A stretch of DNA of 64,000 nucleotides, taken from positions 145,718,324 to 145,782,323 of the forward strand of contig NC_068981.1 in the NCBI RefSeq assembly GCF_001194135.2. Reading direction: 5' to 3'. The first letter of the stretch is position 1. The number at the start of each line of letters is the position of its first letter. Shown piece after piece: positions 1 to 12,499 of the stretch. Made by a program: the position numbers and the translations under genes. The notes below the pieces were generated by a model. The model made no database searches and was not told the origin of the DNA. It saw only the letters and a list, made by a program, of their open reading frames with translations. This DNA is from Octopus bimaculoides. Its lineage: Eukaryota.

Positions 1-171
1 CAGCCCCTCGTTCCCGATCACCGTTTGTTATCTCCCCCTTTCTTAGCTCTCCTGAAATAAGAATTTCTAACTTCCGGTCAGTCATTGTTATGATCGGCCA
101 TTATTATGATTGACCGTTGACTGAACACTATTCAATTTTTTTTCTCCGTGTTTTTCTCCTTGTCTCCGTAT

Positions 172-208
172 TCTTTCTGTTGAAGAGCGTAGCTCGAAAC
201 GTCAAAGA
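172..208 (+). ncRNA. Minimal type I hammerhead ribozyme-like motif (Penelope-associated), core mutated
   Basis: UCUUU-CUGUUGA-A-GAGC(GUA)GCUC-GAAAC-GUC-AAAGA: stem I of 5 bp, stem II of 4 bp, palindromic ACGU stem III and a GUC cleavage triplet. The core reads CUGUUGA instead of CUGANGA. Confidence 0.5.
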
Positions 209-310
209 CTTTCCGTATTCCCGAGCGTCATACTAATATATACTTTTGTTATTTACACCACCTGTCCTCGTCTGTTGTTATTTTTTGTATATTCTCCCAT
301 ATATATATAT

Positions 311-352
<42 letters not shown>

Positions 353-355
<3 letters not shown>

Positions 356-510
356 CGACGGGCTTCTTTCAGTTTTCCGTCTATCAAATATACTCACAAG
401 GCTTTGGTCGGCCCGAAGCTATAGTAGAAGACACTTGCCTAAGGTGCCACGGAGTGGGACTGACCCCGATACCATGTGGTTGGTAAGTAAGCGACTTACC
501 AGCCACGCCT
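353..510 (-). mobile_element. tRNA-derived SINE, partial (family A; head ggcgcaggagtggctgtgtggtaag)
   Basis: Near-identical to the copies at 14538-14922, 26830-27217 and 45719-46110. Confidence 0.8.
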
Positions 511-901
511 GGTTGAAATTCCAATGAAGGAACCATGGATCGAGGTTAGAAACCAGTTCTTTCTCTATTGGCAAGAAACCTTGAAATAAACTGAATAATG
601 ACATACATAGATATGTAGGCACGTTTGTATGTATGCATGTATATATTTCGGATTTGGCAAGTGACTTGGTCTGAAACCTTGCATTCAAATTGAAACGATT
701 AGATCGTGAAGTCATCATAGTTTTTTAAAGAACACGCCCAAAATGTTGCTTACACTTTGAAGTATGTATGTCACTTTGATTTATGATCTTTTATGTACAG
801 GTTTTTGATTTACGAACTTTTTGTGCAGATTTTCTTCCGTGTATGAGCAATCTTATTTTTCTTTAACTTCGGATATGTGGATATGTGGTGTTGCTTTTAG
901 G

Positions 902-1194
902 AATCCAAGTAAAAAAAAGTCACAGGTAAAAAAAGTCACTGGAAAAAAGTCACGGAAAAAGTCACAGGGAAAAAAGCCAAGGAAAAAAAGTCAGGAAAAA
1001 AGCCACGGGACTTTTGTTGGGGGGGTGGGGGGTGTCCTAAGGGGGTTTTGTCCGGATCCCATAAATTAATTCTGATGTTTTTTTTCCTGTGACTTTATTA
1101 CTGGCCACCATAAATTAATCGTGACTGTTTTTCCTAGCCAAAATTGTGACTTTATTACTGTAACTTTTTCCCTGAGACTTTATTACTAGTCACC
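902..1194. mobile_element. Foldback-type non-autonomous DNA element with inverted arrays of aaaagtcac repeats
   Basis: Tandem (g)aaaaaagtcac(a)g units on the left and inverted gtgacttt units on the right, flanked by the direct repeat GCTTTTAGG at 893-901 and 1195-1203. Confidence 0.6.
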
Positions 1195-2502
1195 GCTTTT
1201 AGGCCTTTGGACACGAGGGTCTTTTTCGATTTCTTTCTCTTCCGCACCTCGCTTTCTCATTCACATTTCCTATCATTAATGCTTATTTATTTGCAATCTG
1301 AATGGTACGTCTCAAGAAAAATTATCTTGGATCTTTTTAGTAGTGTGGCCGGCTTCTGGGGAGCGGGGAAATTGCCCTCGCCTAAATTATGTTATTATCA
1401 GTAGTTATAGGTAGTATATTTTTTTTATCTTCATCGATGTTTGGCTGAACCGCTGGAGACGGAATTTCCATGGTATTTATAAATTGTTTCGAAGTATCTT
1501 TAAAATATCTGCCTTTAGTGTAAGGTAGAATTTACACTACACACATACACACACTCACACATACACACACATACATACATCTATTCACGCACATCCATAT
1601 AGTACATTCCCGCGCTAACAGTATCTTAAAGGTAATTTTTTGACAGTCATGTAGTCTTTGATATCTGGAGATTATTTTAACGCATATTTTTGAATGTGAA
1701 TAAACGGGTAAATGGTAAAATACATGAAGCTGAGGATGTGAACTACAGAGTAAGAGTTGAGAGAATTTGATGTAGAAGATTCCGATTTGGCTGGAAACAT
1801 AGGATCTTTTCTGTTTGGCTGCCAGCTTCAATTTTCTGTTCGAAATAATTTCATATTCAGTGTAATGATACACTTTTATAGGTTAATTAATGACGTGAAA
1901 GTAATGTTTGCTATANNNNNNNNNNNNNNNNNNNNNNNNNNNNNNNNNNNNNNNNNNNNNNNNNNNNNNNNNNNNNNNNNNNNNNNNNNNNNNNNNNNNN
2001 NNNNNNNNNNNNNNNNNNNNNNNNNNNNNNNNNNNNNNNNNNNNNNNNNNNNNNNNNNNNNNNNNNNNNNNNNNNNNNNNNNNNNNNNNNNNNNNNNNNN
2101 NNNNNNNNNNNNNNNNNNNNNNNNNNNNNNNNNNNNNNNNNNNNNNNNNNNNNNNNNNNNNNNNNNNNNNNNNNNNNNNNNNNNNNNNNNNNNNNNNNNN
2201 NNNNNNNNNNNNNNNNNNNNNNNNNNNNNNNNNNNNNNNNNNNNNNNNNNNNNNNNNNNNNNNNNNNNNNNNNNNNNNNNNNNNNNNNNNNNNNNNNNNN
2301 NNNNNNNNNNNNNNNNNNNNNNNNNNNNNNNNNNNNNNNNNNNNNNNNNNNNNNNNNNNNNNNNNNNNNNNNNNNNNNNNNNNNNNNNNNNNNNNNNNNN
2401 NNNNNNNNNNNNNNNNNNNNNNNNNNNNNNNNNNNNNNNNNNNNNNNNNNNNNNNNNNNNNNNNNNNNNNNNNNNNNNNNNNNNNNNNNNNNNNNNNNNN
2501 NN

Positions 2503-2563
<61 letters not shown>

Positions 2564-2864
2564 ATATGTATGTATGTAGTCATTTTTCGCCGAGTTGTCG
2601 AATACATAACCACGCTATCTCTCCCTTTCATCCTTTCTCGATATATATTTGTATGGGAGTACGCATCTATGTTTCCCTTGCCTACATGACCACTTTCCCT
2701 CTGTGAGAGAGAGAGAGAGAGAGAGAGGAAGGGAAGAGGGAGGGGCAGACAGACAGACAGGGACAGAGAAAGACACACAGAGAGAAACCGAAATTTCAAG
2801 AAAGGATTATTTTAAAAGTGAATTATTGTAACCAGGTAGATAAAGAAAAATGAGCATGAGAAAT

Positions 2865-2869
<5 letters not shown>

Positions 2870-2923
<54 letters not shown>

Positions 2924-2925
2924 AA
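2870..2925. repeat. (GAAA)n microsatellite, next to GA/GACA tracts at 2705-2785
   Basis: Read directly from the sequence. Confidence 0.95.
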
Positions 2926-3179
2926 AACAGTTTACCTTTGCACAAATTAAAGCGCGTTTTTATAACTTATCTTAGAAAGCTTTGTTACCGCTCACTTACC
3001 CTCCTTTGTCTTTTTTCTACCCCCACTACAACGCTTTTTCAAATTATTCAAAATAGTTGGGTGTGGTTCGAGCGAAAATTTGGCGGGTATTTCTATTTCT
3101 CAAAACGTTATGCAGTGTTCCATATGAAATAGCAAATATGAATATATATATGGTCTTGCGAGATAGTTCTTTTGTAGTA

Positions 3180-3395
3180 TCTAAATAAACAGCTGGCATA
3201 TTCTGGGAGATTCAGCGTGACACAGAATGTGACAAGGCTAACCCATTGGATTACAGGTAATACTCAATTTTGCCAGCTGAGTGGACTGGAGCAACATGAA
3301 TAAAGTATCTTGCTGAAGGACAAAACGCGCCACGGGGATCCAATTCATGACCTTACGATCGTGAACCGAATATCCTAACCACTAAGCCACGCACC
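3180..3395 (-). mobile_element. tRNA-derived SINE, degenerate
   Basis: Shares ttcagcgtgacacag...tgtgacaaggc with the 36499 family and ctgagtggactggagcaac...tcttgct.aaggaca with the copy at 25060-25275; tRNA-like head at its right end. Confidence 0.6.
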
Positions 3396-3539
3396 TAGAC
3401 GCGCGCACGCGCACACAATGTTATACAACATGCTCCGTATTTTAGCTTTCACACTTCTCTTTCAAACGTGTCAGCAGCATCAAAATTACAGATTCTAATC
3501 TGACAAGGGAAGTGAAAAAGCGCGCCATGCTTGTAGTTC

Positions 3540-4070
3540 TATTTGCCGATTACAGTGCCTCGGAGGTCGATTGTTTTGAAGGTGGCCGAATTCTTCGTAT
3601 TCAAAGTCAAGAAAGAGCTGGTGTCCTTTGGCGGTGACGTGTCGTCTGTGGCCTACAGAAAGAAAGGTTTTCAGCAGTTACAAAGTTCAGCCTTCAGATC
3701 GAGAACAATTTCAACAAGTCGTTAAGAGCAATCGCTAAGCAGCTCAAGGCGGCAGAGTTCACTAGTAGACGTGTAGTAATATCAGGAACGAACACTTTTG
3801 TGATGAAGGAGAGGCTAGTTTATGTCTGTTAAGACCAGGGAGAAGCGAGTGATCTGGTTGTAGTACTTGCTAAGTAAGCTCAAGAACCCTGCCTTGCTTT
3901 GGTTTTCCGTTGAGAACTTCATCCAGGTCAACAAGAGGAACGTGAAATGGAAGTACCAACTCAGATATGCGTTAGGTATCTGATGATCCTGGTGAACATG
4001 TGCAAAGAAGATTATCTCATGCTGTCTCATTCCGCAGGACCTTAGAGTGAATACCATGGTCTACATCAAA
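3540..4070 (+). pseudogene. Decayed coding-like segment of unknown origin (possibly a LINE ORF1)
   Basis: Higher GC than its flanks, with a frameshifted, stop-interrupted peptide run (RSIVLKVAEFFVFKVKKEL... / LQIENNFNKSLRAIAKQLKAAEF... / NPALLWFSVENFIQVNKRNVKWKYQL). Family not recognised with certainty. Confidence 0.25.
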
Positions 4071-4074
4071 GTGC

Positions 4075-4410
4075 GGATCTTTATGGTTTGACGGCCAACA
4101 TTTTTTTATGTAGTGTTTTTGGTACCGGAACACTTTCAAACTTCGAATACTTGTATATTTTGTGTTATAGAACAGATAAAAAATTTTGTATTCGAAGTTA
4201 TTTCATGTAAAGAATTGTCGTATTTCGGTAATTTCAACCAATCACTGACGTCTATTGAGGTGAAAACAATTACGCCGTGGAATGTAAGCAACGGTGTTAC
4301 GGGATTTTTTCCCTTGAATAAAATTAGTCCCGTTGTTTGTCAACAAAAATTATCCGTTGTCAACAACAACTATCAGCGGTATATATTTCGTTTGTCACTG
4401 TTATTTATGA
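4075..4410. mobile_element. Left end of a MITE related to the 5884-6543 element
   Basis: Starts GGATCTTT, and 4100-4235 is the reverse complement of the interior at 6355-6505; it runs into an N gap. Confidence 0.55.
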
Positions 4411-4940
4411 NNNNNNNNNNNNNNNNNNNNNNNNNNNNNNNNNNNNNNNNNNNNNNNNNNNNNNNNNNNNNNNNNNNNNNNNNNNNNNNNNNNNNNNNNN
4501 NNNNNNNNNNNNNNNNNNNNNNNNNNNNNNNNNNNNNNNNNNNNNNNNNNNNNNNNNNNNNNNNNNNNNNNNNNNNNNNNNNNNNNNNNNNNNNNNNNNN
4601 NNNNNNNNNNNNNNNNNNNNNNNNNNNNNNNNNNNNNNNNNNNNNNNNNNNNNNNNNNNNNNNNNNNNNNNNNNNNNNNNNNNNNNNNNNNNNNNNNNNN
4701 NNNNNNNNNNNNNNNNNNNNNNNNNNNNNNNNNNNNNNNNNNNNNNNNNNNNNNNNNNNNNNNNNNNNNNNNNNNNNNNNNNNNNNNNNNNNNNNNNNNN
4801 NNNNNNNNNNNNNNNNNNNNNNNNNNNNNNNNNNNNNNNNNNNNNNNNNNNNNNNNNNNNNNNNNNNNNNNNNNNNNNNNNNNNNNNNNNNNNNNNNNNN
4901 NNNNNNNNNNNNNNNNNNNNNNNNNNNNNNNNNNNNNNNN

Positions 4941-5163
4941 GTAAATAAAGCTCCTGTTAAACCAGCATGTGGTTCCTTAGTTTGTATAAAATATTTGTTT
5001 GTATTCTTCATTCAAAGACCAACACAGAAAATACTGTATGTTGTAAATAAAGCTCCTGTTAAACCAGCATGTGGTTCCTTAGTTTGTATAAAATATTTGT
5101 TTGTATTATTCATTCAAAGACCAACACAGAAAATACTGTATGTTGTAAATAAAGCTCCTGTTA
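4941..5163. repeat. 102-bp tandem repeat (two units plus a partial third) next to an N gap
   Basis: The unit gtaaataaagctcctgttaa...actgtatgtt starts at 4941, 5043 and 5145. Confidence 0.85.
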
Positions 5164-5702
5164 ATTGTTCGTGTGAGTTGATTATTTACACACAGTCAAT
5201 AACCCAACACAACCACTTTAGAAGGACGCATCACATTCGACATTAAATTTTTATTATACACAAGCATGAACGTACAACCTGAACTGTCGAAACACGATAG
5301 TGTCAAAGATAGTAGTGTTTGAATTAAAGGGATTCAACGGTCATTTGAAGCAAAGGTTCTTTCGTTGATTTGCATTGTTCCTATTTTGTCTAAGCGGCTC
5401 CAATTTTCTGGACTGTAAGGTGTTTGTTAGATTAAGCTGTTACATTAGAGTATGGTCAAGTGACTATACAGAAACCTTATAACTAGATCACGTGGTTCTT
5501 ATTTATCGACAGTGGGGGTATTCGTCGAGAAGGAAGTTTAGTTGTCACATTGTATAAGGCCATGTGATTATATAGAAGCCCCGTGCTAGCTCTGTCACGC
5601 GATAAGTCACACGTTCTCTCTTTTGCTCCTCGCGAACATTGACAAATTTCACTTGGTGAATCATTCACTTCACGCACTGTCACACACATACACACACACA
5701 CA

Positions 5703-5747
<45 letters not shown>

Positions 5748-5749
<2 letters not shown>

Positions 5750-6632
5750 GCGGTGGTGAACTGGCAGAAACGATAGCACGCCGGGCGAAATGTTTAGTAG
5801 TATTTCGCCCGTCGCTACGTTTTGAGTTCAAATTCCACCGAAGTCGACTTTGCCTTTCATCCTTTCGGGGTCGATGAAATAAGGGATCTTTTTTAAAACG
5901 GGGGCCACATTTTTCATTAACGAAACACTTTGAAACTTGGAACACTGGTAGAATGTGTCATATAAAACATCTTTTTCTCTTAGTCTTCTTAAAAAAAAAA
6001 GAAATCCATAAATTATTCCATGTTAAAGTTGTCGTATTTCTGNNNNNNNNNNNNNNNNNNNNNNNNNNNNNNNNNNNNNNNNNNNNNNNNNNNNNNNNNN
6101 NNNNNNNNNNNNNNNNNNNNNNNNNNNNNNNNNNNNNNNNNNNNNNNNNNNNNNNNNNNNNNNNNNNNNNNNNNNNNNNNNNNNNNNNNNNNNNNNNNNN
6201 NNNNNNNNNNNNNNNNNNNNNNNNNNNNNNNNNNNNNNNNNNNNNNNNNNNNNNNNNNNNNNNNNNNNNNNNNNNNNNNNNNNNAATGAAAAAAGCAAAT
6301 AAAACGAAGAATCGTTTGTTTATGTAGTCGGCACTTAATGTATATCGGCTGAATGGATGTCAGTGATTGGTTGAAATTATCGAAATAAGACAATTTTTTA
6401 CATGAAATAAATTCGAATACAAAAATATTTTTCTGTTCTATAACACAAAATAGATAAGTATACGAAGTTTGAAAGTCTTTCCGTACCAAAAACACTACGT
6501 AAAACATTAATGAAAAATGTGGCCCCCGTTTTAAAAAAGATCCGAAATAAGTACCAGTTACGCACTGAGGTTGATACAATCGACTAGCTCCCTTCCCCAA
6601 AAATTTTCAAGGCCTTGTGCCTAAAGTAGAAA
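5748..6632 (+). mobile_element. SINE family B (gtcgactttgcctttcatcctttcggggtcgat core), split by a MITE insertion
   Basis: 5748-5883 and 6544-6632 rejoin into the same element seen at 16298-16643 and 40963-41347. Confidence 0.8.
5884..6543. mobile_element. Merlin-like MITE: 37-bp perfect TIR, 8-bp TSD
   Basis: TIR GGATCTTTTTTAAAACGGGGGCCACATTTTTCATTAA at both ends; TSD GAAATAAG at 5876-5883 and 6544-6551. The superfamily is inferred from GG...CC termini plus an 8-bp TSD. Confidence 0.8.
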
Positions 6633-6719
6633 TAACTATCTCTCTCTGTCACACACACACTCTATTTCTCCCCCCTTTCTCTCTCACACACACTCTATTT
6701 CTCCCCCTCTCTCTGTATT

Positions 6720-6760
<41 letters not shown>

Positions 6761-7404
6761 TTATCTATTTGTCACTCATTCTTTCACTCACTCTCATTCT
6801 CTCACACAAATCCACTCAACTCCCATACACTCCCTTCCACGCAATCACTCATCGACACTCTTACGACTTCGGTGACACGTGTAATCCATCCCACTTCACA
6901 CCTACGTATCTTACACACCTCTGCCATTTCATCCGTCTCCTGCATCAGCATGCTTGGATTTATCAGTGTGTGGGTGTGCGCGAATGTAAGTGTATGCATG
7001 TATGTATGTATGTATGTATGTATGTATGACTAACATTATCGCTGTATATGTACTGAAACAGTGAGACAAGCCGCTATAACATTATGTTGTGGGTGTATGT
7101 GTGTGTCGATGCGTGTTCATGAAATTTTACAACAAATTTAAGAATGACTATTGATTCGTAATGATAAGTAGAGTCAAATTTACAGCGAAAATCAAGTTGA
7201 TACACGCGCGTACACACACACACACACAAAAGTGTAAACGTGGCTGGGCGTTGAGGAATTGCCTGTCAAGTACGTGGTTCCGAGTTCAGTCCTATTACGA
7301 GGGATTGAACTTGGGCAAGTGTTCTCCATTATGACCCTGTGCTGACCAAACCCTTTCTAGTGGATTTGGTAGACGGAAACTGAAAGAAGCTTGTCATGTA
7401 TATA

Positions 7405-7462
<58 letters not shown>

Positions 7463-7811
7463 TGTGTGTTTGTCTAACAGTGCTTGATAACCTGTGTTGG
7501 CTTGTTTACACCCCTGTAAAGCTGTTCAGCAAAGGAGACCGATAGGATAGGTCCAGTCGTTTAAAACTAAATCTGGAGTCGATTTGTTCGATTAAATTCT
7601 TCCGGTAAAAGGTAATATATATTCATGTACACACACACACACATGTAGCGAACTCTAGTGAGCTTCCTCTCTTATATTACATACTTACGAACGTAGCAGG
7701 TAATACTTAACCTTTGGGCGCTGTTTTGGACCCCGTTGTGTCTACCACTCCGACTGGTTGGTATTGGTGCAATTTGTCTCTTACTCTATCGAGCGCCAAT
7801 ATGCAACCCAA

Positions 7812-7888
7812 CCAATCACAGCCTCCAAATAAGTCACGTGAGCCAGTCTGTTCCAAACAAGCATTTGAGCCTACCATCAGCTATAAAA
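7812..7888 (+). promoter_or_regulatory. LTR-type Pol II promoter motifs
   Basis: CCAAT at 7812-7816, E-box CACGTG at 7835-7840, TATAAAA at 7882-7888. Confidence 0.35.
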
Positions 7889-7944
7889 GCTCACCTCTTT
7901 CTAGTCTCACCGTCAGTTGGTTTCAGACTCTCCAAGGTCTAACC

Positions 7945-10296
7945 CATAGCTACCCAAAGTGGGCGATTTCAACTTACATGTGGGCGATGTAAAGATGTAT
8001 CATCCAGTAAAGATGCATCATCTGACTGTGCTCTATTATTTTCTTCTCTTTGGGAATACCATACTGCCTTTCTGACGCCATCTGTAGAAATTCGTTTTCA
8101 CATTTCTACTTTACTGATGTCAAGAAAATTTGTCGACAGTACAGTAGTGATTATTTGTCGTTTGAATTTATTCCCTCTCCTCAGAACTGTCAGCTACCAA
8201 TGAGCCTTCTTTTCCAACAAACATTGTCCAATGAAGCAATGAAACCTTCACGCTTGAAGTATCACTTTGATGCAAAGCATTCTGAGAAGGACAAGCCGTT
8301 ATCATACTTTTTGAAACTGAGCTCCTCTTTCAAAAAGTAAATACAAACATTCAACGCGCTACTCCAGGAAAATAGTAAACAGGAGAATGATGGGTTGGTT
8401 GCATCGTACAACACTGTGTTCCTTGTTGCTAAATTTCACACAATTGGAGAAACATTAATTCGCCCAGTTATCGAAGAGGTTTTGTCAACCGCTATGCACG
8501 AAAAACCCGAAAACATTATGAAGATCCCACTTAATAACACAATTTCTCGAAGCATCGATAAAATGGCCAACGATGTCAAACGTCAGCTCATTAATATTCT
8601 CCAGTATTCTGAATTTTCTATACAAGTGGATGAGTCAACTGTTGTGGACAATATGTTCGGTATTTCAGCAAAGACCTTCAACCTTGTGAGGAAATGCTGT
8701 TCACAGAGAAATTGCCGCTTGATTCAAGAGGTGCAACTATTTTTTACACTCTCAAATCTTTCCTTTTTGAACATAATATCCCACTCAGTAATATTCTTGC
8801 CTGTGCATCTGATAGAGCCCCTTCGATGATATGAAGATACAGAGGTTTTTCATCTCTCCTAAAGCGTGAAATTTCCCACCAGTTACTAACTGTTCATTGC
8901 TTGGCACACCGGCAGCATTTAGTGTCAAAAATATGAACGGTAGGTTGAATGATGCGCTACAATTAGTTATCAAAACTGTGAACAAATTGAAGTTCAGTCC
9001 CTTATCTGATCGAATTTTCCGTCAAATCTGTCTGGGAAATGACGAGGACCATACTAAACTCTTATACCCTACCGAAGTGCGGAGGCTGTCAAAAGGCAAC
9101 TGTGTTTTACGCTTTGTTGAACTGTTTCATATAATCATATCTTTCTTTGAAGTTACACCACTGTCCGCCTCATTGATGGCTGCGTTATCTTTTTTCCTTG
9201 TGATATATTCACAAAATTAAATGATTTGAATAAGTTATTGCAAGGAAACAGATTATTGTAAATCATTTATCACTACTTTCATGTCTAAATTGGTGTTGTA
9301 TAAGACTAACATTTCAAAACGTCAGTTCCATCAATTTCCACAGCTTGATTCTTTGAAAGATAAATTAGTTGATGAGAATTTAACTACATATCGCAACTAT
9401 TTACAATCATTGCACGATAACATGGTGGAGCGATTTCAAGATGTTATTGCGCTGAATATTCCAAATTGGTATAGCAATCCGTTTGAGGTCAATGCAGTCG
9501 ATTGCGAGGATGATGTTCAGGAGGAATTGACAGAATTACAAAATGACGATGGCACCACAATGCGATATCGCCGTAATGGCAGAGAAGATTTGTGGTACCA
9601 TCAGAGTATATTGAGTATATTCCTAACCCAGTCTGTGGAAACATCTGAAATTACTTTTGCTTGCCTTCCCTACTTCGTACCTGGTTGAATCTGGTTTTAA
9701 CCATGTTGGAACTTTACTTTCTCACAAAAGAATTGGACTGGATGTGACACAACGAGGAGACTTGCGGCTAAAGTTGACAAGTTTGAAACCGAATGTATCT
9801 GCACTAGCTGCATCGCACCAGACACATGGTTCTTATTAAAAAGTTTAATTCTTTTCCTTTATAATACAATCATTAATTGTTTTTGCATCAGTAGTTCTGA
9901 TCAATGATTCATTTAGGGAAAAAGAAAATCAGTTTCCATAAGTTAATCTGTCTGAAAAATATAGAGTTAACGTTAGAAGTTTATTGACACAAATGGCAAA
10001 ACTAAACCTACAATAGGGGATTTCTAAACAACCGCATATTTAGTACAAACGGCACTAACAGGGCAACGAATCTACGATATAGTGTGTGTGTNNNNNNNNN
10101 NNNNNNNNNNNNNNNNNNNNNNNNNNNNNNNNNNNNNNNNNNNNNNNNNNNNNNNNNNNNNNNNNNNNNNNNNNNNNNNNNNNNNNNNNNNNNNNNNNNN
10201 NNNNNNNNNNNNNNNNNNNACAGGTGGGCGATGGAGAATTTTTTGGCCGATAGGGGGCGATATTACAATTTGACACGAAAAGTTTGGGAAACACTA
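7945..10296 (+). mobile_element. hAT (Charlie/ZBED8-SCAND3-like) DNA transposon with a decayed transposase
   Basis: 8-bp TSD GTCTAACC at 7937-7944 and 10297-10304; imperfect TIRs. Frameshifted peptides at about 8150-9839 include LSNEAMKPSRLKYHF, HTIGETLIRP, FSIQVDEST, TEVRRLSKG and AFPTSYLVESGF. Confidence 0.92.
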
Positions 10297-11531
10297 GTCT
10301 AACCACTGACCACATTACAGCGATCTTCGTAGCCACCATGATGTCTTTCACCAACGTCAACATCTACACAGCACCAGCACACTGCACTGGTTCTAACATA
10401 TCGCTGTTCGTGAGCTTTTCTCACCAGGGTTAACAGCTAACATACAACCCATGCAAATGCATGTAGATAAATGAATAAATGTCCATTAACCACTGTCATT
10501 CAGCTTGTGTATACATACGTGTGGGCACAATAAACGCATTTAAAGTTATCACCTTTGTTCCATGTATTTCTTTACTGGGTTACTACCAAATAAGATTACA
10601 GCCTTCAGAGCGGAGTCACATTAGATGGAACAACAACATATCCATCTAAATATGCATACACATGATATATATATATATATATATATATANNNNNNNNNNN
10701 NNNNNNNNNNNNNNNNNNNNNNNNNNNNNNNNNNNNNNNNNNNNNNNNNNNNNNNNNNNNNNNNNNNNNNNNNNNNNNNNNNNNNNNNNNNNNNNNNNNN
10801 NNNNNNNNNNNNNNNNNNNNNNNNNNNNNNNNNNNNNNNNNNNNNNNNNNNNNNNNNNNNNNNNNNNNNNNNNNNNNNNNNNNNNNNNNNNNNNNNNNNN
10901 NNNNNNNNNNNNNNNNNNNNNNNNNNNNNNNNNNNNNNNNNNNNNNNNNNNNNNNNNNNNNNNNNNNNCAACCCTGTTTGTGTGAATTGCCTCACCACGA
11001 ATTAACAACCAGAACTCAACCTGCGAAGAACATCTGTATCAAGTAGCCCGGCCCGGCATAGAAACCTCAACTGCACGACAAGTGACTTAGCTCTGCCTCA
11101 ACGCCTAAACCTCTTATATACAGACTTTCAACTACTGTGTACTTTAACTGAGAACTGGTATTTCACATCCTGGTGTCTGGACTTACTTTTAACGTCCTTA
11201 TTACAGACTCTTTTCTATCCTCTGTATCTCTTGCATTCACATATATATATTTGTATACACATTCTTTTGTTTACATGACGGCCTGTCTTATATTGTTTTA
11301 TTATGTCGCATTCACTCACACACAGACATACAGTTTAATGGTCTAATAAACCTTACTGTTATACATCTTTATCGGTTGAGTCATCTTCTATCTTTTACCT
11401 TACTGGCATTTACTAGTTCACTTATGTTATAGTATTATAACATATATCATATTTTGTGTCGACCGTTCGACGCGTTAAAAGGAGCCTGTTTCCATTCGTC
11501 ACCATTTCTCCTCTGGTTCGCACGGTCGTCT

Positions 11532-11567
<36 letters not shown>

Positions 11568-12458
11568 GGTAATCTTCCAGTTTCGAGAGGTAAAAGAAAT
11601 AAATAAAAATATTCAAGGGAAATAACTGAATATTATCCAGTATTATCCGTACTACTTTTTCTCTAAAACAGCATGCGACGGAATTTTAACAGGCAGAAAA
11701 GAATCTAAAATAGCATGCGACGGAATTATTTTTTTTATAAAAGTTTAAAATGTTTTTTTCTTTTTACAANNNNNNNNNNNNNNNNNNNNNNNNNNNNNNN
11801 NNNNNNNNNNNNNNNNNNNNNNNNNNNNNNNNNNNNNNNNNNNNNNNNNNNNNNNNNNNNNNNNNNNNNNNNNNNNNNNNNNNNNNNNNNNNNNNNNNNN
11901 NNNNNNNNNNNNNNNNNNNNNNNNNNNNNNNNNNNNNNNNNNNNNNNNNNNNNNNNNNNNNNNNNNNNNNNNNNNNNNNNNNNNNNNNNNNNNNNNNNNN
12001 NNNNNNNNNNNNNNNNNNNNNNNNNNNNNNNNNNNNNNNNNNNNNNNNNNNNNNNNNNNNNNNNNNNNNNNNNNNNNNNNNNNNNNNNNNNNNNNNNNNN
12101 NNNNNNNNNNNNNNNNNNNNNNNNNNNNNNNNNNNNNNNNNNNNNNNNNNNNNNNNNNNNNNNNNNNNNNNNNNNNNNNNNNNNNNNNNNNNNNNNNNNN
12201 NNNNNNNNNNNNNNNNNNNNNNNNNNNNNNNNNNNNNNNNNNNNNNNNNNNNNNNNNNNNNNNNNNNNNNNNNNNNNNNNNNNNNNNNNNNNNNNNNNNN
12301 NNNNNNNNNNNNNNNNNNNATTTATATATAAACAGTTAACGTCAATCAAATCACGTGATTTATTTATAAACAAAGTAGTACGGATAATACTGGTAAGACG
12401 TTCAGTTATTTCCCTTGTATTTTATTTACTTTTTTAACCTCTCGAAACTGGAAGATTA

Positions 12459-12460
<2 letters not shown>
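11568..12460. mobile_element. Merlin-like MITE inserted in (TA)n
   Basis: The terminal 24 bp GGTAATCTTCCAGTTTCGAGAGGT are perfectly inverted and imperfect TIRs extend to about 88 bp; an N gap lies inside. The TSD is ambiguous within the TA repeat. Confidence 0.75.
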
Positions 12461-12497
<37 letters not shown>

Positions 12498-12499
12498 AA

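Larger units (their letters stand above)
7644..10442 (+). mobile_element. Candidate solo LTR (about 445 bp once the hAT insertion is removed)
   Basis: Begins TGTAGCGAAC and ends GCTAACA, with CCAAT, CACGTG and TATAAAA in promoter order. The TSD is imperfect (caca/taca). Confidence 0.35.

Noticed and set aside
821-1069. Lys-rich, histone H1-like ORF (KKKSQVKKVTGKKSRKKSQ...)
   Set aside because: It is the translation of the aaaagtcac tandem units of the foldback element.
4941-5163. CRISPR-like or functional repeat array
   Set aside because: The units are contiguous 102-bp tandem copies with no spacers, in eukaryotic DNA beside a gap.
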